A stretch of DNA of 63,513 bases, counting the filler, from Welwitschia mirabilis (taxonomy: Eukaryota), in assembly GCA_051453625.1 (NCBI GenBank). It is 6 parts of one record of this genome, joined end to end, with 100 filler letters (N's around TTAATTAATTAA, not from the genome) between each part and the next. Parts side by side here need not be neighbours in the genome. Positions count along the whole stretch, not along the records: positions 1 to 13,023 come from JBOZIK010000001.1; positions 13,124 to 32,308 come from JBOZIK010000001.1; 4 more parts are not named here. One strand, written 5' to 3'. Under the pieces are notes generated by a model, which was given only the letters and a program-made list of their open reading frames with translations, made no database searches and had not been told where the DNA came from. The translations under genes and the position numbers were made by a program. Positions 11,480-22,789 of the stretch are shown here, one piece after another. How positions within the stretch are numbered: position 1 is the first letter of the stretch; each line of letters starts with the position of its first letter.

Positions 11480-12261
11480 AGTATGTACGCTTGTTAAAAT
11501 GTAATCATCTAGATAACACTAAATAATTGCAGCAAGCGTTTTGATCTACTTTGTTCTTTTCATGAATGGTAATAGAAACAAAGTTCACACTTGACCCCTA
11601 TATAAGCCACTCAAGATCACGCTCGTAGACAAGTTCTTCGCTTTGAGCTTTCACAACTCATAATTACAATTATCAAATTCGTCTGTTAGGACAAAGGCCT
11701 CCTCTATCATGCACAATAGCTTCCACTGAAACAAAAAGGTATCAAATATGTTGTGATGAGGAGTCCTATGAAAACACTTGCCATAGAATGATACGGTAGG
11801 AATTCATGCCCAAAAGCACTATTAATTTAGCAAATCACTTCCCAAAAACTTGTACAATATATGAGATACAAGCGTATGAAGGCCCACAAAATTTTCGAAG
11901 AAATGCTTTTCGCGTGCTTGTGGCTCATCATGCTTTGCCATACAAATAGCTTGTGAATCTATCGTCAACCCAAGCTTTGGTACTAATTGTTAGAAAAACA
12001 GGCAACAGAAGTAGATTACAACAATTTATCCATTGATAGAGGAATTATGACACAAACCTAGGGAAGGTAAAAATCAGAGAAAAAATTACAAGAAAGAAAT
12101 GTACATAAGGATCTTCTATTAATCATGAACCTGAATTACAAGCCAAGAGAAATGTCTGAAGCGAAGCTTATATAAACATGTAGAGTTCCTAACCCTAGAA
12201 AATCCCAAATTTATTTATTGCTTTTGCCCTTAAATGCACTAAAAAATAAAGCATCCTAACA
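11480..12261 (-). mobile_element. Copia remnant: 274-bp LTR (11988-12261), PBS and gag N-terminus
   Basis: TGTTAG...CTAACA termini; PBS-like rc TAGTACCAAAGC at about 11974-11985; gag EFDNCNYEL*KLK...YERDLEWLI, same family as 45584-45895. Confidence 0.65.
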
Positions 12262-12329
12262 ATCTAAACTTTAAAATAAATAATAGTGGCATAAAAATAT
12301 CGTTTTGATTTCACTAATCTCTTAGCAAT

Positions 12330-12947
12330 TATCATAGAGGATGTTCTTGGAAACGACTCAACTCCAAGTGATTTTGTAATAAGAATTCAACAAGACTTAC
12401 AATGATGAGTTAGATAATAAATTTAGACTAGCAACTAACTAAGATAAAATTGGATACCACGACAAGTTGATGTCAAAGGACATAACTATGTTTTCTTGCA
12501 GTAGCCATCTATAAATGTGAGAAGATGACATGAATCACTTGGTGAGGTATTAGTCATAGGGCCACCTAAATGAAAATGAATGAATTCCAACTTGTTTTGT
12601 TTGAAGTGCTTACCACTTGTTTTGAAGTTAAAGTTTTCACTTTACCAATAAAATAGTCGGAATACAATTTAGAGGATATAACAAACTTAGGAATAAGGCC
12701 TTTTGAAACAAGCCCCTTTAAGCCACTATTCCTTACTTGCCCAAGTCTTTTGAGCCTTAAAGTAGCATCATTGTCCTTCTTTATTGTGCATGTAGGATGT
12801 ACGAGAAGCTTTCCTTGGTAACGTGGACAATAATCATTGCTCCTTTGTTGATTTTCTGAGAATCTCCATCAAAGCTTAATGTACACCCAAGAACATTTAA
12901 CAACCAACGAAATTGATGTTCTTTGCCAAGGAAGGAACAGGACAAAC
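12330..12947 (-). pseudogene. Tork/Tnt1-like copia pol fragment (pre-integrase and integrase N-terminus)
   Basis: PSLAKN...KINKGAMIIVH, KRLGQV...GLIP, KLEFIHFHLGGP, LTFIDGYCKK; cut by a Sirevirus LTR end at 12948. Confidence 0.65.
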
Positions 12948-13292
12948 TGTTAGGATCGTACAATCACCCTAGAGGGGGGGTGAATAGGGTTCTAATGAAT
13001 TTCTTACTAATTTTTGCAATACTNNNNNNNNNNNNNNNNNNNNNNNNNNNNNNNNNNNNNNNNNNNNTTAATTAATTAANNNNNNNNNNNNNNNNNNNNN
13101 NNNNNNNNNNNNNNNNNNNNNNNGGGCCGGACGTCCCTAGCTGATAAATCTTTGTTTTCTTGAGCTAGAAACTTCATCATTGAAAATATTTTCTGCAACA
13201 CAAACATCTCTTAAGATGAATTTTTATCCACCCTCCTGCGTCAACACCATTGTGCCTATGGCTTTAATATCGCATTCGTGATCATTACCTAA
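12948..13292 (-). repeat. Sirevirus LTR ends on either side of an artificial linker gap
   Basis: TGTTAGGATC...CCCTAGAGGGGGGGTGAATAGGG (rc of the C-rich Sirevirus motif) at 12948; after the linker GGACGTCC and ATCATTGAAA...GATCATTACCT, like the 7552 LTR start. No matching TSD. Confidence 0.75.
13024..13123. other. Artificial assembly linker N44-TTAATTAATTAA-N44 (also 32309-32408, 36591-36690, 44168-44267, 59164-59263)
   Basis: Five identical 100-bp blocks with a palindromic six-frame stop 12-mer centred in Ns. Confidence 0.97.
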
Positions 13293-13942
13293 ATAGAGAT
13301 GATGCTTGTGGCCTTTCCAGGAAGCCAACATCTTCTTGTTATGGGTGGACATGGAAGGATGCCCTTAAATCCATTCTACCCAAATAGTTGAAATCCAATT
13401 ATGCAAAATGATCATATCTTCAGCTTGAGATTTCTGCATCTGTGTTCTTGTTCTAATCAATCATCTTATGTGTTGTTTGTCTTTTGTTCATGTTTGCCCT
13501 AAACTACCTGTTATCCTTCTTCATTCACTTTGCTTGCAATAATAATAGATGATGTCATACCTACCAGATTTGCCTTGGCTGTCTTGCTTAAGCCTGTGAA
13601 AAGATTTAGCCAACCAAGCAACCATCTTCCTCTTCACTATGTCCACTAGTGTAAAGATCCCAAAGTTGAATGACAGTAAAGCAACTCATACTTGGTTATA
13701 TTAGGAACGATGACATTTTATGAATACCACTTGTTCAAGAAAGAGATTAGAATCATGGTAATTCTAAATTCATTTAGAAAGAAGGGACTTATTGTCTTCT
13801 TGAAATCCACTCTAGACTGAAGAGCATGCTTTCAGCCTTTTTGTTCACCTCTTTGTCCAAGAATATACTCCATAATGTTCCAAATACCTAAATTTTGGGG
13901 TCTTGTCAAGTGATTAGTTGTTTCTAAGTGCTTTGTTTCTTA

Positions 13943-14192
13943 CATGAAAAAATTATATGAAAATAACCTAGACCTTGCAATGATGTCGTGAAAAAGATTT
14001 GATTAGACAAAGAAATTTAAATTATACAAACACCTAAAAATAGAATGTGATTGATGTAGAGCTAACGCATGAAAAAAATATACGAAAATAACGTAGACCT
14101 TGCAATGATGTCATGAAAAAGATTTGATTAGACAAAGAAACTTAAATTATACGAACACCTAAACATAGAATGTGATTGATGTAGAGCTAACG
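13943..14192. repeat. Two-copy 125-bp tandem duplication
   Basis: CATGAAAAAA...GTAGAGCTAACG at 13943-14067 and 14068-14192 with few substitutions. Confidence 0.9.
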
Positions 14193-14630
14193 CAACGAAA
14201 ACGTAGAGAACACTTTTGGGATTGTGTCTTCAGTGAGGAACAAAAAAGCAAGAAGAAACATGAAGAGAACAAAGTATTGGAGGCAAATGAACGAATCACT
14301 TTATGTTCATGATATAGAAAGTACAAGCATACAAACTGAAATCACATCTAATAGAGCTTCTGTGAGCTCTCTTCAACATTGGCCGTCAATAGCCTTGCTC
14401 TGACTTTTACCACTTGATCACTTTGATGCATGGTAGCCTTTAAGAGAGATTACAAGTGAGCCAGGATCTTACCCAAGGAACCTTCTTCTCAAATTCCCAG
14501 CAAAGAGCTCCTCTCAAGCTCCTAACTCCAAGATCTCTGACTTCTCAACTCTAACTCCCAAAGCATACTCTTTATCTCATGAAAAAAATCCTCTAATATT
14601 AGCCTCTCACACATTTACCATAAATAGCTT

Positions 14631-14935
14631 CTAAACATAACATATTCCTTACACCTAGATTTCATTTAAACATAAGATATTCATTACATCTAGATTCCAT
14701 CTAAGCATAACATATTCCTTACACTTAGATTCCCTCGATACATGCTAATTTGGATGGCTACACATGGTGCCTACATGGCACTTACACATGGTGCATGCAT
14801 GGCAATTACACATGGCAAATTTTATTTTGCACACAAGCACACTTAAATTGTAGGAAACAGATCCCGAGCTAAAACACATTCTCTCTTTTTTTTTTTTTTT
14901 AAAAAGGATTTTCCCGCGTAAGTTACTCATGGGAC
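14631..14935. repeat. Three ~35-bp tandem units plus CACATGG motifs; dispersed repeat also near 44390-44580
   Basis: TAAACATAACATATTCCTTACACCTAGATTYCAT x3; CATGGCAATTACACA...ACAAGCAC shared with the second copy. Confidence 0.7.
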
Positions 14936-17807
14936 TACACTATGCAACCTAGCTTTGTTTCATTCATTGTTCTTTGCAATCTATTGTGCTCACTACTTGC
15001 TTGCATTACTCCATTTGCTAACTTTGGGTTTAGATGCCAAACCATAAGCTCTATTACCACTAGTTAATCAATAGTAATGAAAGTAATAAAACAATGAGCA
15101 GAAAAGAGAAACGTAGAAGGAACATAAACAGATTTCTCATGGTCTAGCCTCCTTCTAGCCTATTTTCAAAGTTAATTGTTGCTGAGCTTTTATTAGAAAA
15201 TTTTCAAAGATTACAATGCAATAAGAAGGTTTGAGATTTCTCTTGAAATCTAATCCCCCTCCCCCCTCNNNNNNNNNNNNNNNNNNNNNNNNNNNNNNNN
15301 NNNNNNNNNNNNNNNNNNNNNNNNNNNNNNNNNNNNNNNNNNNNNNNNNNNNNNNNNNNNNNNNNNNNNNNNNNNNNNNNNNNNNNNNNNNNNNNNNNNN
15401 NNNNNNNNNNNNNNNNNNNNNNNNNNNNNNNNNNNNNNNNNNNNNNNNNNNNNNNNNNNNNNNNNNNNNNNNNNNNNNNNNNNNNNNNNNNNNNNNNNNN
15501 NNNNNNNNNNNNNNNNNNNNNNNNNNNNNNNNNNNNNNNNNNNNNNNNNNNNNNNNNNNNNNNNNNNNNNNNNNNNNNNNNNNNNNNNNNNNNNNNNNNN
15601 NNNNNNNNNNNNNNNNNNNNNNNNNNNNNNNNNNNNNNNNNNNNNNNNNNNNNNNNNNNNNNNNNNNNNNNNNNNNNNNNNNNNNNNNNNNNNNNNNNNN
15701 NNNNNNNNNNNNNNNNNNNNNNNNNNNNNNNNNNNNNNNNNNNNNNNNNNNNNNNNNNNNNNNNNNNNNNNNNNNNNNNNNNNNNNNNNNNNNNNNNNNN
15801 NNNNNNNNNNNNNNNNNNNNNNNNNNNNNNNNNNNNNNNNNNNNNNNNNNNNNNNNNNNNNNNNNNNNNNNNNNNNNNNNNNNNNNNNNNNNNNNNNNNN
15901 NNNNNNNNNNNNNNNNNNNNNNNNNNNNNNNNNNNNNNNNNNNNNNNNNNNNNNNNNNNNNNNNNNNNNNNNNNNNNNNNNNNNNNNNNNNNNNNNNNNN
16001 NNNNNNNNNNNNNNNNNNNNNNNNNNNNNNNNNNNNNNNNNNNNNNNNNNNNNNNNNNNNNNNNNNNNNNNNNNNNNNNNNNNNNNNNNNNNNNNNNNNN
16101 NNNNNNNNNNNNNNNNNNNNNNNNNNNNNNNNNNNNNNNNNNNNNNNNNNNNNNNNNNNNNNNNNNNNNNNNNNNNNNNNNNNNNNNNNNNNNNNNNNNN
16201 NNNNNNNNNNNNNNNNNNNNNNNNNNNNNNNNNNCCGCCTTCTCTCACTTGTGCGCTTGCTCACACACACACATGCACAGGTGCGTGCGCGCACACACTA
16301 GAATCACTCCTTTCCATTATACCTGAATCACTTCTTAAGAGCAGTATCATAGTGGACAATACAACTATTTATGAGATTTTTTGTTTCCCGTGAACAGTGG
16401 ATTAGTTTTAACGTTATGTGATGACAGGTGACTTTGGTGGTTTGACGGGATTTAAACGAGTTTAAGCTAAAGTTAATGACTTAACCTGGTTTGACTGGAG
16501 TTGACTAACTTTGACTATATTTGACTGTGGTTGACTAACTTAGGCTTACTTTGACTGATATTATTTGACTCATTTTGACTGATTTTGACTTTCTTTGACC
16601 GAGTCTGAATAAGTTGTTGTGGCGTTTGTTGATTAAGTTTGACTGAATTTGATCGATTTCATTTGGACAAAGTTCCCTGACGTTGTAATATTTTTCTTTT
16701 TTGCGATTTATTTTAGGCCTAAAAAGTTTTACCTNNNNNNNNNNNNNNNNNNNNNNNNNNNNNNNNNNNNNNNNNNNNNNNNNNNNNNNNNNNNNNNNNN
16801 NNNNNNNNNNNNNNNNNNNNNNNNNNNNNNNNNNTCAGAATATAAAACTTTTTGTGATTTTTTTTTTTTGATTTTAAGAGAACAGAAAATGAGCAAAGTG
16901 GAGTGCTAGTAATAATGGAAATTTAATGCCTAAACTAGACAAAGACTAAATTTTAAACATGATTTAAAAAATTAAAAAGAGTTTTTTTAAATTAAAAAGA
17001 AAAAAAAATTTTTTTTGGTAAACATAAGATGTAATCCTAATTAATAGTTTTAAAAGAAAACTCTTATCTATAAAAAAAGATTTTCCTAAGTTTCTTTTTT
17101 TAAAATTTTTTTTTTCAAATGTATAACTTAAAGAAAAAAACTATTTAAATGGTCCCCCCTTTTTTTTCTTTTTTTAAAACAAAAAACAAAGAAAAATGTC
17201 TAATAAAAAAACTAGAAAACGCTTTCCTCCGCTCTCTGTGTTGCCATCACTCTGTCTTCCCTTGTCTTCTATTCAGACCTATCTTTCTTTGCTGCCTCAC
17301 TTTGACCTACAGGTAGACATCAAAGACGGGAAGTTCTCGTTCGAGGAAGAGTAAATGATTTGCTTGCTGAGACACTCTGTCTCCCCCGTGCACCCTCTCC
17401 ATTTTCCTGTCCTTTTTCTTCTGAACGTGCCTTGCTGTTCTTTGATCTGTTTGTCGCAATGGTTTCTCAGATTTGCTGGTTTCAACTGCACCTCTACCCT
17501 CTTCCTTGCGCTCTCGCGTTTCACTGCGTCGATGCCTTTGCGTTCTGATTTTTGCTCGATCCCCTCCGTTTTTTTCTCCGCCGTTTTTCTTTCTTTTGTT
17601 TGCCTCTCCTGCGATGTTTTTTGGGCGCCTTGTTTTTTGGCGTCGCCCTCCTTCACTGACAGCACCGTCCCTCACCGCTGCGACGTCGCCCTCCGCTGTG
17701 ATGCCTTGGGGCGTGAATCGCATGACATTTGACCCCTTTTGGCGTGAGGTAAAAGATGAGCCTTATGTCAAAAAAGATCACACACTTGTTTCGAGCTTTT
17801 ACTCTCT

Positions 17808-17835
17808 CTTCTTCTTCTTCTTCTTCTTCTTCTTT
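17808..17835. repeat. (CTT)n microsatellite
   Basis: Direct reading. Confidence 0.9.
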
Positions 17836-20610
17836 TTTACGCAACATAGGTGGATGGGAAAGGTATGGGAGAATGATACGAGTGACATATGAAATGATAA
17901 GATGTCAAGAAAGAGAAGTAGCACTAAAGTGTGAAACGGGAAATCATAATTGACATTTGACCATAATCATGAAAATGGATAAGGAAAGCTAGGGTATAGA
18001 AGAATGGTAAATAAAGCAACAAGGATGAGAGGTGATGGCCTTGGGAAATACATTCTCACCACATTATAAGGTGGTAGAGGGGGTAGTGAATGGGAGGAAT
18101 ACCAAAAGATAATAAGTTGCCTGAAAAGTGGGATTAGTCTCAAGCAGATAGAAGTAAATGCAACAAATGACTTTGATGTAATTAATCACGAATACCAAGA
18201 AAAGATTAGGTGAAGATGGACAAATAGGGCACGAAGAAGATTGATTTCTACACCTCTAAATGTCAACCTAGCAAATTCTATTGGTATGAATCATAAAATT
18301 GTTCGATGTCATTAGCATAGTGGTTTAATGTTAAATAACATAGAGTATCATGTNNNNNNNNNNNNNNNNNNNNNNNNNNNNNNNNNNNNNNNNNNNNNNN
18401 NNNNNNNNNNNNNNNNNNNNNNNNNNNNNNNNNNNNNNNNNNNNNNNNNNNNNNNNNNNNNNNNNNNNNNNNNNNNNNNNNNNNNNNNNNNNNNNNNNNN
18501 NNNNNNNNNNNNNNNNNNNNNNNNNNNNNNNNNNNNNNNNNNNNNNNNNNNNNNNNNNNNNNNNNNNNNNNNNNNNNNNNNNNNNNNNNNNNNNNNNNNN
18601 NNNNNNNNNNNNNNNNNNNNNNNNNNNNNNNNNNNNNNNNNNNNNNNNNNNNNNNNNNNNNNNNNNNNNNNNNNNNNNNNNNNNNNNNNNNNNNNNNNNN
18701 NNNNNNNNNNNNNNNNNNNNNNNNNNNNNNNNNNNNNNNNNNNTTAATTCTTTTTTCTTTTTTTTCCCCCTTCTTCGACTAATTGGCTTGGATTCTCTTT
18801 TTATTTTTGAACATAGCTTGATCATTCAAATGGTAAATTGTAAAGCTCACAGCCAAAGATAAGCGTCAGATTTGACACAATTGATGCTAATACTGAATAA
18901 CTTAAGGCACTGGAGGTCATAGACATGGGAATGTCTGAAGATTGGGTGAAATCTAATCTTACCACTATAAACGCCCAAAAGTAGAAAACTACTTTGATGA
19001 AACTCGAATGCGATTTAACACAAGATCAAACGAATCAACAATTNNNNNNNNNNNNNNNNNNNNNNNNNNNNNNNNNNNNNNNNNNNNNNNNNNNNNNNNN
19101 NNNNNNNNNNNNNNNNNNNNNNNNNNNNNNNNNNNNNNNNNNNNNNNNNNNNNNNNNNNNNNNNNNNNNNNNNNNNNNNNNNNNNNNNNNNNNNNNNNNN
19201 NNNNNNNNNNNNNNNNNNNNNNNNNNNNNNNNNNNNNNNNNNNNNNNNNNNNNNNNNNNNNNNNNNNNNNNNNNNNNNNNNNNNNNNNNNNNNNNNNNNN
19301 NNNNNNNNNNNNNNNNNNNNNNNNNNNNNNNNNNNNNNNNNNNNNNNNNNNNNNNNNNNNNNNNNNNNNNNNNNNNNNNNNNNNNNNNNNNNNNNNNNNN
19401 NNNNNNNNNNNNNNNNNNNNNNNNNNNNNNNNNNNNNNNNNNNNNNNNNNNNNNNNNNNNNNNNNNNNNNNNNNNNNNNNNNNNNNNNNNNNNNNNNNNN
19501 NNNNNNNNNNNNNNNNNNNNNNNNNNNNNNNNNNNNNNNNNNNNNNNNNNNNNNNNNNNNNNNNNNNNNNNNNNNNNNNNNNNNNNNNNNNNNNNNNNNN
19601 NNNNNNNNNNNNNNNNNNNNNNNNNNNNNNNNNNNNNNNNNNNNNNNNNNNNNNNNNNNNNNNNNNNNNNNNNNNNNNNNNNNNNNNNNNNNNNNNNNNN
19701 NNNNNNNNNNNNNNNNNNNNNNNNNNNNNNNNNNNNNNNNNNNNNNNNNNNNNNNNNNNNNNNNNNNNNNNNNNNNNNNNNNNNNNNNNNNNNNNNNNNN
19801 NNNNNNNNNNNNNNNNNNNNNNNNNNNNNNNNNNNNNNNNNNNNNNNNNNNNNNNNNNNNNNNNNNNNNNNNNNNNNNNNNNNNNNNNNNNNNNNNNNNN
19901 NNNNNNNNNNNNNNNNNNNNNNNNNNNNNNNNNNNNNNNNNNNNNNNNNNNNNAAATTTTTTTCCCTTTATTCCTCTTTTTCTTGATTTTGCTCTTTTTT
20001 CCCCTTTTTTGGAAACAAGATGAAAATGAGAGCTTAGAAAATGTAACATGGATATGGCAAAATGGTGACATGGTGGGTATAAATAAAATGGAGTAAATAA
20101 GGTAGTAGTGATGGATGAAGGATATGATGAAATGCATGACAGAGGGAATATGTACCCACTACTGTCTAGTGGGACGATGATGGTGATATACAAGTAAGTA
20201 GAATAAGAAGGTTCATGCAAGGGTGTGAATCATAGTTAAGGAAGGATCGAGTGGGTCATAGCGTGGATCGATACGATATATCTAATCATCGTTATCTTCT
20301 ATGGGTGGGGCCTCGGGGAATGGAATGTCAATTACAACAAAGTCTAGCACTTCATCTCGTTGGCGTTGTGCTTGAAGGAAAGCGGCATGCACCCTTCGAT
20401 AGAAAGGAGGAAAGGGTGGAAGATGATTGTCAGCCATAGTCTAGACTTCAAATACAGAAACCAAAATGTGGGCTTTGTGCGATGCGAGAAAAGACCTATG
20501 TTAGTTTGCATGAGAACCAATGCATATATACATGAGAAATTGTGTAAACTTACTAATTAAAATAGAGAGACAACTAAATTGCATTAGGAAACAAAAATGA
20601 CATGTTTTTT

Positions 20611-21170
20611 TTAGAACTTTATTTTAATGATAATAAGGTAATAAGGTCGAAGATATAGGGAATTTATTGGTTCACTTTCTTCAACACCATTTAAACTCCT
20701 TAGTTTGTATGTTCCCTTGTCAAACTTCTGCGAGATGATGAATGGTCCTAACCAATTCGGCGAAAACTTTGAAGTCTTTTCAGTTAAGTTTGCTTTCAAT
20801 ACTAAGTTGCCTATCTCGTAAGATCTTGGATTCACATGCTTATTGTATGCATTACCGATTCGCTTTTGGTAAAGTTGGGTTTGTTGCAAGGCTTTTACTC
20901 GCTTTTCATCTAAAGTTTCAAGTTGCGCAAGTCACATCTTCTGTTCTATATTAGATAACTCTAGATCCTTGAGTAGCGTTTTTAATGTGGGAATCTGAAT
21001 TTGAGTAGGTAAGACAGCTTCAATACCATAGACTAGCTGAAACAGTGTTGTCCTTGTAGCAGTTTTTACTGCAGTGCAGTAAGCCCATAACGCTAAAGGC
21101 AATTTCTCATGCCATGACTTCGTATTCCTTTGTAAGAATTTCTTGAGATAATTATGATCAATTTGTATGA
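20611..21170 (-). pseudogene. Ty3/gypsy (Tat/Ogre) integrase C-terminal half
   Basis: WHEKLPLALWAYCT..TATRTTLFQLVYGIEAVLP, YQKRIGNAYNKHVNPR, KFSPNWLGPF...INSLYLRPYY. Confidence 0.9.
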
Positions 21171-22789
21171 CTTAATAATGATAAAAATTCAACAAAATAT
21201 TATTTTTTTCTTTTTCAGAATATAAAATTTTTTGTGATTTTTTTTCCGATTCTAAGAGAACGAAAAATGAGGAAAGTGGAGTGCTAGTAATAATGGAAAT
21301 TTAATGCCTAAACTAGACAAAGACTAAATTTTAAACAAGATTTCAAAAATTAAAAAAAGTTTTTTTAAAATTAAAAAGAAAAAAATTTATTTTTTTGGGT
21401 AAACATAAGATGTAATCCTAATTAATAGTTTTAAAAGAAAACTGTTATCTATAAGAAAAAGATTTTCCTAAGTTTTGTTTTTTTAAATTTTTTTTCAAAT
21501 GTATAACTTAAAAAAAAAAGCTATTTAAATGGCCCCCTTTTTCTTTTCTTTTTTTTTGGACAAAAAACAAAGCAAAATGTCTCTGGGGAAAAAAAACCTG
21601 GAAAATGCTTTCCTTAGCTCTCTGTGTTGCCGACGCTTTGTCTTCTGTTGTCTTCTATTCGGGCCTATCTTTCTTTGCTACCTCACTTTGACCTATAGCT
21701 GGACATCAAAGTCGGGAAGTTCTCGTTAGAGGAAGGGTAAATGATCCGCTTGCTGAGACACTCTATCTCCTTCTTGCACCCTCTCCGTTTTGCTGTCCTT
21801 TTTCTTCTGAACGTGCCTTGCTGTTCTTTGATCTGTTTGCCGCAATGCTCTCTCAGATCTGCTAACTGCGCCTCTACCCTCTTCCTTGCGCTCTCGTGTT
21901 TCACTACGTCGATGCCTTTGCGTTTTGATTTTTGCTCAATCCCCTCCATTTTTTCCTTAGCCGTTTTTCTTTCTTTTGTTTGCCTCTCCTGCATTGTTTT
22001 CTGGGCCTTGTTTTCTGGCTTCGTCCTCCTTCACCGATAGCACCGTCCTTCACCGTTGCGGCGCTGCCCTCTGCTGCGACGCCTTGGGGCGCGCATCGCA
22101 TGACAACAACCTCAAGGGAGGTTCATATAATTCTAGGGTTGTCCCCAGAATGATAGAACCAATTCTTACTCAGGTTGGATGGGGATCACAATTTAGACAA
22201 TTCTAGAATTTGATTTTAACTCTTATGATTTGAATTGGTTTTGGATCGTGATTTTGTGTGGATCTAGAAGCTTAGATTATAACCAAGGAGCAGATCACGT
22301 GGATTGTGATTTATAGGATTCTACTAGCTTCTAGAATTTTCTATGTCTAAATCATTGATTAAAAGCTCAAATATGGACAGCGAATCCCATTCCTTTTAGA
22401 AAACCATGTCGTTTGATTCTTAGCATAGTGAAAGATACATCAACCTTGATATCTAGGCTACACTGACTTTGACTTCAAATACATTATATCAAATTTGAAT
22501 TGGTGCTATTTGTGAAGAAGAGTTTTTGAAATCAAACTTCGTTTTCAAGTAGAGGCAACGTGCATGTTATTTATTTGTTGTATTTCTCTTCATATACTTT
22601 TGCATATTTTTAACTTAAATTTCTAGCCAATAAATTTGATTTCTTTCTCTACTAAATAAGGTTATAGAAGTAATTTCAAATGTTGTCAAAGGGTTGTTGA
22701 CTTTTTCTAACCTATTTCAAATTCTCCCTTTGAAACAATTGTTATTATTTTTTTTTTCCAAAAGAAGATGCCAAAAGAATCTTGGAAAA

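Larger units (their letters stand above)
16235..22105 (-). mobile_element. Ogre/Tat-type Ty3/gypsy element with large internal deletion; left boundary unresolved
   Basis: Direct repeats 16835-17727 and 21215-22105 both begin rc TGTCATGCGAT; PPT-like rc AAAAGGGGTCAAA abuts 17727; integrase C-terminus at 20611-21170; ~2.9-kb 3' region (partly N gaps); TTGACT repeats at 16430-16650. Confidence 0.8.

Noticed and set aside
13068..13079. Regularly recurring TTAATTAATTAA as a CRISPR-like repeat or regulatory palindrome
   Set aside because: Always centred in exactly 44+44 Ns; an assembly linker.
17297..17892. Lys/Arg-rich and Phe/Ser-rich overlapping ORFs (also 21529-22206)
   Set aside because: Low-complexity, strand-biased sequence inside gypsy LTRs; frames differ between the two LTR copies.
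15155..20220. Long ORFs in the ORF track here and at 47180-47928, 50774-51593, 57525-58740
   Set aside because: Made almost entirely of X from N gaps.
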